Below, piece after piece: positions 14,825 to 29,554 of a stretch of 64,000 nt of DNA (its first letter is position 1; the number at the start of each line of letters is the position of its first letter). The notes beneath the pieces were generated by a model that worked only from the letters and a program-made list of their open reading frames with translations, searched no databases and was not told the DNA's origin. This DNA comes from Eledone cirrhosa (lineage: Eukaryota): contig OZ024741.1 of assembly GCA_964016885.1 (NCBI GenBank), positions 83,328,001 to 83,392,000 of the forward strand, given 5' to 3'. The translations under genes were made by a program, and so were the position numbers.

Positions 14825-15263
14825 TAAAAGAGAAAATACAGGTGAGCATTAAGAGAAGGATTTTATCCAGATATTTACGACCGTTTCATTGGTAAGTGCA
14901 ACCTTATATTGCTATACTACAAATAGCAGCCACTCAATTATAATTGTTGTTCACAGTCCAAATTTTCAAAATAGTGAGTAAGTTACTTTTGAAATAATTC
15001 TTAATATATAGAGAAAAACATGTATTTGGAATTGTATTTACTAGTATAGAGAGAGAGGAATCAGAAGGTGAAGGGACAGATGGAATAGTATATATAGAGA
15101 GAAAGGGGGAAGAATTAGGAAGTAGAGAGACAAACTGAGATGGACGGAGGTGTAGAGGTGAAAGGACTCCATGATCCGTATTGGTAAGATGACTTCATGT
15201 CGTGGAATGTAGTGAGTTAAAGAGAATTAAATTGATCATAGTGAGAGGGATGGATAGAGAGAG

Positions 15264-15312
<49 letters not shown>

Positions 15313-17054
15313 GAGAGAGAGGGAGGGTGATATAAAAAGATAAATATAAAAAGATAAATACTGTCAAAAATAAAAGCAAAGAGAGGGTAGAGAAAGAAGA
15401 AAAGAAAAAATAGCCAAAATGGGGAGGGATGGAAGGAAGAAAACGAAGAAATATAAGTGGAATGAAGGAGAAGAGGGGATATAGGTATTGGTTTTTGTGG
15501 GTAATTAAAAGGGTTTAGATACAACAAGAGGGTATAAAGTCTAAGTATATGCAGTTTGTCAGTTGGTAGTAAGAGATTAAGGGTTCGATTTGCACTTGTA
15601 GTGCGAAAACTTCTCTTTGAGTCTATGGTTACAATAAATTGATCTTTCGATTTTATTTTTGAGTAACTTATTTTTCGAACTCAAGATGTGGAACAGCTCA
15701 AGGTCGCATAATCGACAGCTTCTCATACCACTCCGATATGGGGGCGCGCTCGATAACTTTTTCCACTTCAGGGTGTATTGATGATTACTTTCCCTCAGTT
15801 GCCAGGTCTTGTTTGCAAGGGTAGTTACATAACGATTCTGGGAATGTTTCATTGCGTAACGGTGTGTATACCAACGGGCTTTAAACGTATTCCCAGTCGC
15901 TCCGATGTAATACCATTTCTGGTTGTCTGATTCTACTGTGCAGTGGTAAACCAGGTTAGACTGCATACATTCATTATGTAATGGACAGGTCTCAGGTAGG
16001 TGGCTGTTACAATTCTTGTCATGGGCAACTTTGGCATTATTGGTGGGCTGCGATGCCTGTACAAGTGTGTTACGTTTTGTTTGCCTATTAGTGGGTGGTT
16101 GTGTATTAGATATTCTGTTGTGTTCAATGGTGATTGTATTGTTATTGTTGTAAATTTGTGTTCTGGTGTATCTTTTTAGCGTTAAACATATTAATGTGTG
16201 CCTCTATATTTGGTGCCGTGGAGTAAGATAGTCTAATAGATTTATTGTTAAGGATTTTGCTGTATTTATGTGAATCTGGAAAGTGCTTATTTATTATTCT
16301 AAAGAAGGTAGAGGGTAGGTTAGTACTAATATATGTGTTATATATGTGGATATACCAAATATATTTTCTACTGCGTGACTTGTTTGATTTCGATGTTTTA
16401 TTTCTATTTACCATATATTTTGTAATTCTATGCGTAAGTGCGTGTGTGCGTGTGTTTCTGGAGTTTGTGTTATGCGTGTTCGTGTGCGCTTTACGGAGGC
16501 TTTCATCCATATATTCTACTCTATCTAAGTGGCCTGCCGTGTGTAATGCGGTATTGTAGTATTCTGCATGTTCTTCGAAAATTTGTCGGTTAGACGAGAG
16601 GTGGGAGATCCTAAGGGATATGCTGCGTGGAATGGATTTAATTATGGATAGTGGGTGGTTTGAGTTACAGTTGATGTATGCTAAGTTTTCATTAATCTTG
16701 TGAAAAGGTTTTATAATTCCCGTATTTAGGTTAAGCGTCGCGTCTAGAAAGTTAACTGTTTTAGTGCTATGCTCATACATTATGCTAAGGCCTAGTTTCC
16801 CGAGAGTCTTTCTAATATTCTTACGGAGTCTTTCTATGCTCTGGTTATTCAGGTTCTTAACTAGGAGAAGGGCGTCGTCTCGGTAGATTCCACCGTGAAG
16901 GTCGCTAAACTCACTTTGTAAATGGACTATGTAAATACCTACTAAATCTGTAACTTGATCCGAGTCGTTAGCCCCCATCGTGATGTCAAAGTTATTTAAT
17001 CTATCCTTACGTTCCCAATAGGCGTTTTCAAATTTAATTATTGTTTTCCAAGCA
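14820..17054 (-). mobile_element. 5'-truncated Penelope-like element (YRDD type, Naiad-like)
   Basis: FDITMGANDS..GIYRDD..FLDATLNL..NSNHP; CNS..CPL..C..VY..YIGAT..FKARW..H..CRLC..CNHR; 1-nt frameshift at ~16142; purine/pyrimidine-skewed 3' UTR running to (TA)n at ~14820. Confidence 0.9.
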
Positions 17055-17265
17055 TCTACATGGCTGAATACAATAAATGTAATCTGTGATTTTCGTATAA
17101 TAACAACATTCGATTCGTTTCCAATTATGCAAACGAGCGTCATGTTTAAAGCCATGTCAGTAGAATGAACACTTCATGGAGTTACCCCTAACCGTACGTT
17201 GAAACTATGCATGAAACTGGCTTTCTTAACCACGGACTGGATCACAAAAAGCAATTTACTGCTTC

Positions 17266-17297
<32 letters not shown>

Positions 17298-17975
17298 TCG
17301 CTCTACATGGCTGAATACAATAAATGCAATCTGAGTTTTTCGTATAATAACAACATTCGATTCGTTTCCAATTATGCAAACAAGCGTCATTTTTAAAGCC
17401 ATGTCAGTAGAATGAACACTTCATTCTTTTTATTCTGTTGGCATGTAATCAGAACTGCAGACACTAATATTTCTGGGTATCACCCTCCATTAGTACAGCT
17501 CACTGTCCCCTGCCAACTGCCAGGGCTAGTGAAAATATATGCTATTTTCTAAAATATACAGTGATTGATCCGCCTGATTTCCATATTAGCAGATCCACTG
17601 ATCAGCCAGATTGGCATATCAGCAGACTGTCCAGTCAGTCTCCTGTATACGAGCGATAAATGGCCGGCTTTGCCACATTCAAATAAAAAAATAAGATGTT
17701 CGTTCTACGTGGCTGAATACAATAAATGTAAGCCATGTCACTAGAATGAACCCTTCATTCTTGCTCTGACAGTTGGCAGGTGAACAGTGAGCAATAGTAA
17801 TGAGAGTGACACCCAGAAAAATTAGTGTCTGCAGTTCTGTTTACATGTCAACAGAAGAGCAAGAATGAAGGGTTCATTCTACGGACATGGCTTTAAAAAT
17901 GAGGCTTGGTTTCATAATAGCAGAAGAATCGAATGTTGTTATTAATATTCGAAAAACTCAGATTACATTTATCAT
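17055..17975. repeat. Family D repeat: direct copies 17055-17177, 17302-17424 and 17704-17757, inverted copy 17800-17975; also at 10100-10167 and 11375-11455
   Basis: Shared motif ctacatggctgaatacaataaatg(t/c)aatctgagtttttcgt..aacaacattcgattc. Confidence 0.75.
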
Positions 17976-18443
17976 ATATACTAGCAGAAACCCCCCCCCC
18001 CTTCGTGTGGTTTTCTACTCCCATGTGAGTTGTGCATATTGATATTATACGCAAGATTATATGTAGATATGATACATCAAATAAAATCGTAATTGACAAC
18101 ATACACAGAAATTGAACGAAGACTGCGTATATCAGTAACGTAATCCATGATACATTAAAAAAGACCATATTATATATAAATTGCATTAGGAGAAAATTGG
18201 TGACAGAAAATTAATATATTTATTTAAGCGATCTCCACCGGAAGTGTTGACATTTCAGAAATTTTAAAGAATTGAATCTTTAAATAAACAAAATATATTT
18301 AATAAACAGCCACGAAATGTAGTAGATAAATTATGTAATATTCATTCATTATTTATTCAAAGTAATCCAACTTATTTTACTAATGGGATAAAAAAATTAG
18401 AAATCGTACGCAGTCCCGCGCTCCTCCCTTTATTATAGTTTAG

Positions 18444-18477
<34 letters not shown>

Positions 18478-18784
18478 TATAAAGTCAAAGAATAGTTATG
18501 AACTATTTGCAATTTGAGATTGATAACTATTATGCATCTATTTCTCCTACAGTGTAGCACCTACACTATCTATCGCTTTAGAACTAAAAAATAGGAAATT
18601 GATATTGTCCTAGCAGCTAGACGTATTATTAATGAATTCGATGGTAATTTTGTATAAGGAATTATCGTCCAAATAATTTTGATATTTCGATGGATTCAAG
18701 TGACTGGGCCCAAGTCTCTGATCTTGTAGGCTTACTTTTTATTAATATATTAAAATTTAAAAATACCTAGCTTTAATTGTGGGG

Positions 18785-18873
<89 letters not shown>

Positions 18874-21800
18874 CTGTGTAATATTCAAAGGCATCAGACG
18901 TGTGTGCTTCACTATTCCTCCACGTATGTAAGCGTATAAATGTGAATATGTCTTTATCTATGAATATATGTGTGTGTATGTATTTGCTGTAACTGTAGGG
19001 TACTGCGTGTGTATGTGCATTTGTGCCTGGACGTGTCTACGTCAATATGTGTGTCTTTATGTGAAAATAAGTGTGTGATTTTTTGCTTTTGTATTAGCAT
19101 GTAGATATATATATAGATATATATAGGCGCGTGTCCTTGTGAATATATGTGTGTGTAAATGTGTGCTTTGTGTATGAATACATGTATGTGAGTCTGTTTC
19201 TATGCGTATGCATGTATCTTTTAAGATTGGTGTGCCTTTTTACACGAATGTATGTATGTAAATAAGTGTGCTTGTGCTATGATGTATCTACGTGAGTGTG
19301 TGAATTAGTTTCAGAAAGTATGTGTTTAAAATGTGTCTGCTTGAATCTGAACGTATCTATATGTTTGACACGGATTTATGAGTGTGAATATGTGTGTGAG
19401 ACTGTGTATGTGTTTCTGCACCGGTGTTTGAATATGTGTGTTATTACTAGATTTATATCGAGTGCATTATCTATTCTTGGAAATACAGGATTAAGGGAAT
19501 CAACTGTGTGAAATCAAATACAAACCCAAGCAGTGATAATATATATTCTAATCAGGCATTGCTTATAATCCATGTCGATATTACTCCCACCATCTTTTGA
19601 TTCATTGGTTGACGTCTTTTCCAATACATATTCTTGTCGAGTTATCACAGAAAGCATCAGAGTCAAGCTATGTTTCGTGCTATGAGCAAAGCTTCTTTAT
19701 GTCTGCAAGATTCTCTGCTGTTCATTTGGTGTTCGTTGTCATAAATTTTATCGCCATTTGTCAGATCTATCTATAGAAATAAATAGATTTGCTCAAAGAT
19801 AGAAATGGTAAGCTTCTCTAATTCAATAAATGATTGGTCATAGAGGACTAGTTTACTTGTATTGGTATATGAACATCATTATGGTCTGAGAATGAATATA
19901 TTGAACTAAATAAATGCACCGACCATCAGTTCTGAACAAAGTCACATTTTCTACAGGCACTACGTTCTTTCAAAAACTTTTGCTTTTACTGAATAGTCGA
20001 AATTGTAAAAGCAATGGCCGTGTCACTTTTGAAGAAACAATTTTGAGAATGTTTTGAGACTGGTGGGAATATAGTGACAAGGTATCCTCAAACTTAAAAT
20101 TTGTTCGAAATGCTTCCAACATATTAGGGTCGCTATTTCTTAGAAAGTTGCTGCTACATATATAAGTCACTACACCGTAACAGATTGATTGCTTTATTTC
20201 TTTTACAATATATAATCCTGTCAAGTTATCAGAGAACACGTTAGATTTAAGCCTTGTTCCGTGCTATGAGTGACGATTATATATTTCCCCCAAGATTCTA
20301 GGCTGCTGAATATGGCCTTTGATGCCACAAATCTCATCGCTATTTGTCAAATATAGAGTTAGAAATAAATAGATTTACTCAATGATAGAAACTGTAAAGC
20401 TTTTTTGGCTTAGAAGAGAAGCTTATCTTATCTGAAAATGTCATTTAAATATCGATGATATCATTAATGAAAATACGTACCGACACGAGTAAGTATTTGC
20501 CAAACCAGTGCTTCTAGAGTCAAACCGCATCTTAAACAAAACTTCAGCATAACCAACGGGTAGATCGCGGTAAACTAATCTAAAATACGATAAACTTCAC
20601 AAGTATTTTTCTCTAGGGGTAGAGTATTAGTTAAGCAATTTAAAGGTAGAGAACTCGACAGAAACATATGCTGTCCAACAACAGGTTAATATAACATTTT
20701 TATGATAATAATAATCAAAGGACCCTCCGATTATTGAACCCTTCTGGCAGAATGGGATACATTAATATATTCAGTCGTCAGTAATGTTCTTTTGCTTAAG
20801 AAATTACAATAAAGGGAATTAGGCTGATTAACTAAAGCTCCACTCCTAGGGAAAATATTTGTGAAGTTTTTCTTTCTTTTTTATTACTTTATTGGGATCT
20901 ACCCGTTAGTCTCTCTGTATTTTTGTTTAAGATATCACTATTCTCTAAATTAGATTGTATAGCATTCTTTTTTATCGATATTTTAGTATACTGACACACA
21001 CACATATATATATATAAATATATGTGTGTGTGTGAGAGAGAGTGTGTGTGTGTATGTGTTTGTGTATATGTGTGTGTGTGTGTGTGTTTACGTGTTCGAG
21101 TGTGAATGCCTGAAAATGTTTTAACTCACACACACAAACATATGCACAATTACACATGATTCATTTCCCATTTCAGTCATGTTTCTGAGTATAAGTTCCG
21201 AATTGAGATCAGTCACGACAGAAAGAAAAGAAAAAAAAAAGGATTTATTTTACACTTCGATACAATAATTAATCTTTGATGAATAAATTATCAAGCTGAT
21301 GTTGAAAATCATGTTAGTGTTTTTATCCATCTATGCATTAAATACTGTATATAATTTGTACATTGATGTGTTTAATTTAGCATTAAAATAGTGTTAAACA
21401 TCTAGGGGTCTATATGAAAACCTATATTATACATTTATATAAAATTTACATGTGAGAGCCGTGCTACCAAAGAAAATATTTTTTCATAATGGAAAATATT
21501 TATTTTTCTATCTGGACCCTGAAACATTTCACAGATATCTCAGTAGTTGTTGAGAATATCATTAGCTAATTCAGGATTCGTTAATACCTCATCAGTGACA
21601 TTCACGCAACCGGTACTGAAATGAAAATAGAATAAAGACTATATATATATATATATATAGCGTCATGAACATTTACAGGAGGTCCTCATTTGGATATGGT
21701 AAATATAACACATCGGCTGGAAATATCCATTTGCTTATAATATGAATTTGGCTGTAGCACTAAGATAGTGTTAAACATAATGGAAGGTCTCATTAACAAA

Positions 21801-23629
21801 ATGGTGGAAAACTAATTTGGATATTGGCAAGGGTTGAAATCTTAGATCCTATATTACTTGTTTACCAATATGTTAATATATAAACAAATATGCGTACCAA
21901 CATTACCGCAGTTAATGCTTATAGAGATCAGCTATGATTTGTCAAATCCATGTTATCGAGACATGCAAACGTTCATACTGTGAAGATTGTACTAATTAAT
22001 ATTGGAAAATGCTCCTTAATTGATTAAACGTAAATGAGGTTGAATTAGATCTACATATAATGATTTCTAATGTAAACACAAGGCAAGCAGTTTGCGAGTA
22101 GAAGAGCAAGTTGGTTAAATCTTTATTGTATTGAGAACGGGCGGGTGAATGTTGTTGGTGATCGTAGTGGGATTTGAAATCCGAATGTATGGGGCTGTAA
22201 CTTATTCCGCAAAGCATTTTGTCCGAAGATCTGTTGAGATTACCAATCTATTGCTCTGTTTATCCATCGAAGAAGCACATATTTGATAATATTCATTTTT
22301 CATTAGAACATTTTGAGGGAAGTTTCAAGTGGTGTAAGTCAACCCAGTACTTGGCTGATACGTTATATTATCGATTTCGAAAGAATGAAAGGCAAAGTCG
22401 ACGTCGGATTGATTCGAACTCAGAATTTGATGAATCAGAACAAAAACCACTATTGCATTTTAGCCGACGCTCTACCAATGATGTAAATCTATCCAGCAGG
22501 AAACACATGATCAATGTTTTACTATTTGACAGATCGATATTACTGGAAGTAGGAGGCGATCATTTAGATTAATATCGGTTAAGATCCGAAAAGATACAGA
22601 ATTATAGAATGAATATTGAAGATAACCATTCTATTAGGAAAGGATTTCAATAGTGGTAGTGTCGGATTGGATGCGGCAAGACCAACACTATTGCGACCAT
22701 CTGAGGCTAAATGTGAAACACGCAGATTATAGCAAAGATGAAGATTCTACGATAAGAGATGAAGTAATTTCTATTGCTGTTGAAACATTTATTTACGTCC
22801 TACAAATCTCAAAACATAAAAGCACACGCATATACACAGACACACATGTGAGATCCGAACATTTAATCACATATACGTGCACATAGAGGTACTCATGCAA
22901 ACACACATACGCACACTCACAAAATGACAAACTAACATATCAGCATATAAACATACACATACATAAACACACAAACACACTCAGACGCTTACACGTACAC
23001 ATTAATAAATACAAAAATAAACGTACTCATAGAAAGACACATACATATTTACACACTTACAAAATCTTACACAATCACATCCGCATACAAAAGACATTCA
23101 TAAAAATTCATTCTTAGACACATATAACCAAATAAACACATACTCGTGCAAATAAATACATATAGACATGCTTAGAAACATTTGCATACATATAAACATG
23201 CAGACACAGACATAATAGAGTAATTCTTACTACACTTGGCACAAGGCCAGCAATTTGTAGGGCACTGAAGATCGATAGAATCGACTGCCAAACAACAACC
23301 CGTACACAATAAAGAATTTCAAACTGTAACGTTTTTTGCGTCTTCAGCGATAAGACAAATTCTAATACACATACACCTACTCACATATTTACACACACAT
23401 ACATATGCATACTTGTGTGTGCGTGTGTGACTGAGTAGGAGCTGCAGGGGCCTGTCCTTACTTATTTGTGTGTCAGCTAGCAGCGATACGCATTTGCAAG
23501 GAACGACGCATGTGTTGCCCCATAAATAATGTGAGATAATTTTCAGCCAGTTGACCAACATAGACATATATATGTGTGTGTGTGTGGGGGGGGGGGGGGG
23601 GTTGTATCTATGTGTGTGTGTGTGTGTAT

Positions 23630-24341
23630 AAATATAAATTCAGCGAGAATCGTATATTTCGGCGAGTAGAAATAAGCGAAACACAATTTCCGATTTGTGT
23701 TGTGGCAAGCGCTCCATGGACCAAAAGAGAACAGAGCAATAAACATATGTAATAAAGGCCATACAAACTGAGACGGCGGTTAAGAAGCTATCAACCACCT
23801 AAGCCAAAAAAACGAAGCAAACCAAACGGGTCAAACAAAATAAATGAATGAAATATTTACCCGGACCCATGGAATGATGGTATAATCCAGTCCATGGTTT
23901 CTGCGACACCTAAATCAATAATACTGTCTGCTTTAAAAAAATAAGCTTTTGGTATAATGGTCGAAGAAGTTTATCACTTTCTCAACCGATATTTTGTTCT
24001 GCACCAGAGTTTTGAATGTCACAGTGTTTTGAAAGCACATATGTAACTCTACAGGGGAGAAAAACTCAAATGTTGGCAAATGAATTCAGTATGTGTAAAT
24101 CAATGCAAAAATTGCAAAAAACAGCACAAATAAATTTAAGGGTAGTTTTTAAAATAAACTTAAGCAATTACTCAGTCAATAGAATTATCTAAAAAAAAAT
24201 AACTGGTTAATTATTAGACTCGGGAGATTAATACAAATATAAATTCACCGAGAATCATATTTCGGCGGGTAGAAATAAGCGAAACGCAAATTCCGATTTG
24301 TGTTGGCAAGCGCTCCGTGGTCCAAAAGAGACCAGAGCAAT
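23630..24341. repeat. Direct repeat (~110 bp, ~605-bp period) between microsatellites
   Basis: aaatataaattca..gagaatc..tttcggcg..gtagaaataagcgaaac...agagcaat occurs twice. Confidence 0.75.
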
Positions 24342-24384
24342 GTGTATATACACACACACACACACGCATAAAAAGGAACGATCA

Positions 24385-24745
<361 letters not shown>

Positions 24746-24949
24746 TTAGGTATCGAGAGAGAGAAGAAGAGATAGGAGATACATGTAGTTATTTGCCAAT
24801 AGCATATGCAAAAGGTGCTAAATACTTATGCCTGCATTGTTAAATATTAGAAGTGTTAATATCTAGTGAACGAGAAAATTAGCAAAGCGGATACACATGG
24901 AGAAATATATAAAAGAGAACAAACCGTTAAAGCATGTTTATTTAAAATA

Positions 24950-24990
24950 GCTCCTACGTACGTTTCGCCCGACTGGGCTTCTCAGGGGCA
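24950..24990 (-). ncRNA. Minimal hammerhead in the inverted pLTR (CUGAGAA core)
   Basis: Minus strand: gccc-CTGAGAA-gccc(agtc)gggc-GAAA-cgtacg-TA-ggagc. Confidence 0.7.
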
Positions 24991-27900
24991 TAAACAATTA
25001 AAAAGCGTTCCTTACATGACCCCTAATGGGTTTTAGAGATAAGTTCACATCACATTCCATTCTTCGTAAAAAAGATGTATTGATTTTGCAGTAGATCAAG
25101 GGAGATAATTCTAACCGGTGTTAGAGCACTGTTCCCCAGGCTACTTTTATCCGTTATTACGGCTTTACTATTGCCGATACACGCAGAGTTAGTGATGCAA
25201 AGTTAGTTTCCAGATGTTTGTTTGCTGCACCTGCCTGCCGGGGTTGATTCATGCCGGGTCTGGGATGCATGGTTAGTTTCTGGATGTTTTTTGCAGCGCC
25301 TGCTCGCCTGGTTGTTAAGGTTTGGTGCAGGGTGATCCGGTTTACGGTTCCCACGCCTCATTCTTATTCCATCTGGAGTAAGAGATTTTTAAGCGGTGTG
25401 TACAGCTTATCGTCGTTTCTGCTCTGCTATTGATGAGCTCGTGGGGTGCCGTTATGATATAGTAAAGCTCCATGAGGCAAAGCTCGCATTTCCTCTTGAA
25501 ACTGTACGGTGCTGCTCTGCCGACAATTTCCCAGTGTGTGGAGAAGCTGATGTTTGAGTCTTTTAATGCTGTGATGTAATTCGCGAGCGAAGTGGTGCGT
25601 CTTAGTTTCTTGTTTAGCGAAAGAATGGAGATGTGTTCGAAATCTATTTTTGAACGGGCCAGAGGTAGCCCCTGTATAATGTTTAACGCTATTATGGCTA
25701 GTTACTGTGCACCTATAAATAATCCTATCAGTCAGGAAGTTTCCACTAAGGAGGCAGCATCCCATGCCACGGCAGTTGCAATTTCGTTCGCAGTCCCTTC
25801 TAGTTCCCAAGCTAAGGCTATTATTATTGCTATCTATCTTGTTATCTACGCCCCTAGACCTGTCATTGGTACCATTATAACCCACTGCGTGCAGTGTAGT
25901 ACCATTATCATTCCGCACGCCGCAGCGCCTGCATATTCCCCAGTCATGTCCCGGTTATGTTGGTTGCGGATATAGTTACTATCTTAGAAATAGATAAGTA
26001 CACAAACCCGTATGTCCCTCTGCCACCTAGCTTCTCTGTTAAGGATCACAAATGTAACTTTAATGAAAGCCCCTCTATTAGACTAATATGTCCCTCTACA
26101 TCCGATATATGTAAAACTAGTAAAGTGATCCTCGATAGAGAACTACTGGAGCTTAATATAAAAACTAAGGTCTGCCTGTGCAGCAACACCGACCAGGTCG
26201 TTGATTAGTTCACCGAGTTGCCTGCTAAACCGACCCTGAAGTTCATCCAGTTTGGCATAGATAGTTACTAACTTCAATATCACGATGGGGTCCAGTGACT
26301 CGACGCAAGCAACAGACCTGGTCGGAATATACCTCCTCCAAAGGCTTAGGGGCGTGATACCAGCCCTACAAGGAGGTGTATATAGGGACGACGCTCTGTT
26401 TACCGTTAGGAACCATAGCCCCGCAGAATAGAGAACCTTAAAAAGCACATACACAGGTTCTTCAAGACATACGGCCTATCCGTAACTGTGTACCTCAACA
26501 ACCAGGTTGTCATCTTCCTGGACGTTACCCTGGAGTTGAGTACGGGCCTATACAAGCCATACTATAAGCTCGGAGAGAGCCTTTCTTATATTAATTACCC
26601 CTCTAACCACCCAAAGCAGGCTCTCAACTCCATAGTTTATAACATCTCACATACGATCTCGAGGCTCTCCGTCAATGAGGATATCTTCAACCAAGCGGCG
26701 GATTACTACAATAAGGCCTTGCTAGGCGCCGGTTTTAACCGAAGAATCTCCTACATCCCTAATGCTAGCTCCAGAAACCACCCCTCTCAGAAGACTAATG
26801 TTATAGTAAGCCATACCTATAACCGAATACGCGGTGGCTTTGAAAGGGTCAGAAATAATAGTATAGAGAATCGCACTAAGGAACACGGCCGCAATTTCAA
26901 TTACACAAGTGATAGTATTGGTAGCTTACCACACAATAAGCACCACGCCCCCGGGGACAGTGACCACTGTAGCCTATTTGAATTATTCCCCTACTATAAC
27001 ATCAACAAAGGCGATAGCCTACTACCAACGCCTTCCAACCAGCGTCTTCCTATACAGAAGCAGAAGGAAGCCGAGTGCACCCGTGGATAAAGCGAAAGGA
27101 ACACGTAACAGGCTACAGCACAATAACATGCATAAGAACTGTCAACCTGTTAGCACAAGCCTTAGCAAACATACAAAGACACGAAATCGCCAACGCAATG
27201 TCCTATGGTTCCTTCCTCCCTACTCTCGGAGTGTGGCCTCCGACTTACCCCGGATATTCTTCGAAGCCTTAGAGAAGAACTTCCCACCCAACCATAAGTA
27301 TAGGAAAATCCTGAATATCAACAATATGAAAATATCCTTCTCTACTACTTCTAACCTAGCAGACATCATAGGAACAACTAATCACAGTAAGATCACCAAA
27401 ACACAGCACCTTAGCACCGATACACCTACACCTGACAACAACTATATCGGCCTTAACGACTCACTAGCAGAACCCAATAGTGCTGGCAACAGCCACAACA
27501 GACGCAACGAACATAACCGCGACATGACTGGGGAATATGCAGGTGACCCGTACGGGTCACCAGCCGAAAACAGAAGGCGCTGTGGCGTGCGGAATGATAA
27601 TGGTACTACTCCGCACGCAGTGGGTTATAATGGTACCAATGACAGGTGTAGGGGCATAGGTAACAACATAGATAGCAATAATAATAGCCTTAGCTTGGGA
27701 ACTAGAAGGGACTGCGACCGAAATTGCAACTGCCGTGACTGGGGACGCTGCCCCCTTAGTGGAAACTGCCTGACTGATATGGTTATTTATAGGTGCACAG
27801 TAACTAGCCATAATAGCGTTAAACATTATATAGGGGCTACCTCTGGCCCGTTCAAAAATAGATTTCGAACATATCTCCACTCTTTCGCAGAAAAGAAAGT

Positions 27901-28513
27901 AAGACACACCACTTCGCTCGCGAATTACATCACAGCATTAAAAGACTCAAACATCAGCTTCTCCACACACTGGGAAAATGTCGGCAGGGCAGCACCGTAC
28001 AGTTTCAAGAGGAAATGCGAGCTTTGCCTCATGGAGCTTAACCATATCATAACGGCACCCCCACGAGCTCATCAACAGCAGGGCAGAAACGACGATAAGC
28101 TGAACGCACCGCTTAAAAATCTCTTATTCCAGATGGAATAAAAATGAGGCGTGAGACCGTAAACCGGGTCACCCTGCACCAAACCTTAACAACCCGGCGG
28201 GCAGGCGCTACAAAAAACATCCAGAAACTAACCATGCATCCCAGACCCGGCATGAATCAACCCCGGCGGGCGGGCGCAGGAAACAAACATCTGGAAACTA
28301 ACTTTGCATCACTAACCCTGCGTGAATCGGCAATAGTAAAGCCGTAATAACGGATAAAAGTAACCTGGGGAACAGTGCTCTAACACCGGTTAGAGTTATC
28401 TCCCTTGATCTACTGCAAAATCAATACATGTTTTTTACGAAGAATGGAATGTGATGTGAACTTATCTCTAAAGCCCATTAATGGTCATGTAAGGAACGCT
28501 TTTTAATTGTTTA

Positions 28514-28555
28514 TGCCCTTGAGAAGCCCAGTCGGGCGAAACGTACGTAGGTGCT
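28514..28555 (+). ncRNA. Minimal hammerhead in the 3' pLTR (U3-A8 core)
   Basis: gccc-TTGAGAA-gccc(agtc)gggc-GAAA-cgtacg-TA-ggtgc; palindromic CGTACG loop III. Confidence 0.72.
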
Positions 28556-29554
28556 ATTTTAAATAAACATGTTTTAACGGTTTGTTCTCCTTTATATATA
28601 TCTCCACGGATATATATATATATACCTCATTTTTGTATTTGGTTTGCAAGATATTTATGTAAATATTTGTGTTGAAACAGATAATATTATAATTCGACAG
28701 GGTCATGCAGCCAATAAATCTACAAGCACCAGTTAAATTTGACTACAATTTATTATCAAAATGTTCCGTCCGTCAGTTTAATAATAAATTGAATTGAAAC
28801 TCTACTGGAACGTGTGTTTTTATTGGCAGCACCCCCCCCCCTCCCAAATATTAAAAAGAAAATAAATATATATATATATATATATATAGAAGTAGCCTCC
28901 AGGCACTTTGCCTTGTTCTCTACTCTTCGCAAATATATTTAAAAGGCACCTATTATCATCTATCATAATGTCCATTTCCTTAGAAAAAATATGTTAAAAG
29001 GTATTTAAGTATTGCCTAACTTAATATTAAAGATGTATTTAGAATATTTAAATACAGAAATTATAAAAGAACAGACTAGAAATATGTTTTCTACGAAACT
29101 TATACAACGTTTCCAGTACTTCAGTATATACAATGACGTTAAGCGTCGATAAATTTATAGGTCTGGCTAATTCCAGGGTTAATATATGAAATATCTTGTG
29201 GATGACTCTTTCACAGAGCTACTCTTCTTTGCAATTGTGGATTTGTAAATTGGGGAATACTTAATTAATGAAGTTTACAACGCTTTCTACAACAGTACAA
29301 AATGACGAAGGATTAAAAAATCGTTCAGTATCAAGTGATTGCTTTTCTATGAATTTAAACGGCTGTGAGTTGCTTATATGTACCTATGAGAGTCTCCCAC
29401 CATCCCCGCCTGTATTATTCGGACTGGAAAAGTCTCTGAGGTTGGGAAAATCCGAGGTTTCCCCTACCTCCATTTCATTTTCGTAAAAGAATGTGATATA
29501 TAATAAAGAAAGAAAATAACAGAAAAATGTATCCTACGAAAATTATAAAACATT

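Larger units (their letters stand above)
24898..28606 (+). mobile_element. Penelope-like element (YRDD, Naiad-like) with ~1.06-kb inverted 3' copy at its 5' end
   Basis: KDHKCNF..IRLICP..SKVILD; ITMGSSDS..GGVYRDD; FLDVTLEL..SNHP; CNC..CPLSGNCL..VIY..YIGAT..FKNR; 24898-25960 is the reverse complement of 27510-28606. Confidence 0.92.

Noticed and set aside
14872-14940. GAAA-cgg-TC (minus strand) at the PLE 3' end
   Set aside because: No recognisable CUGANGA half
17055-17155. N-terminus of ORF 16142-17155 as part of the RT
   Set aside because: It is family D repeat sequence fused in frame to a truncated RT
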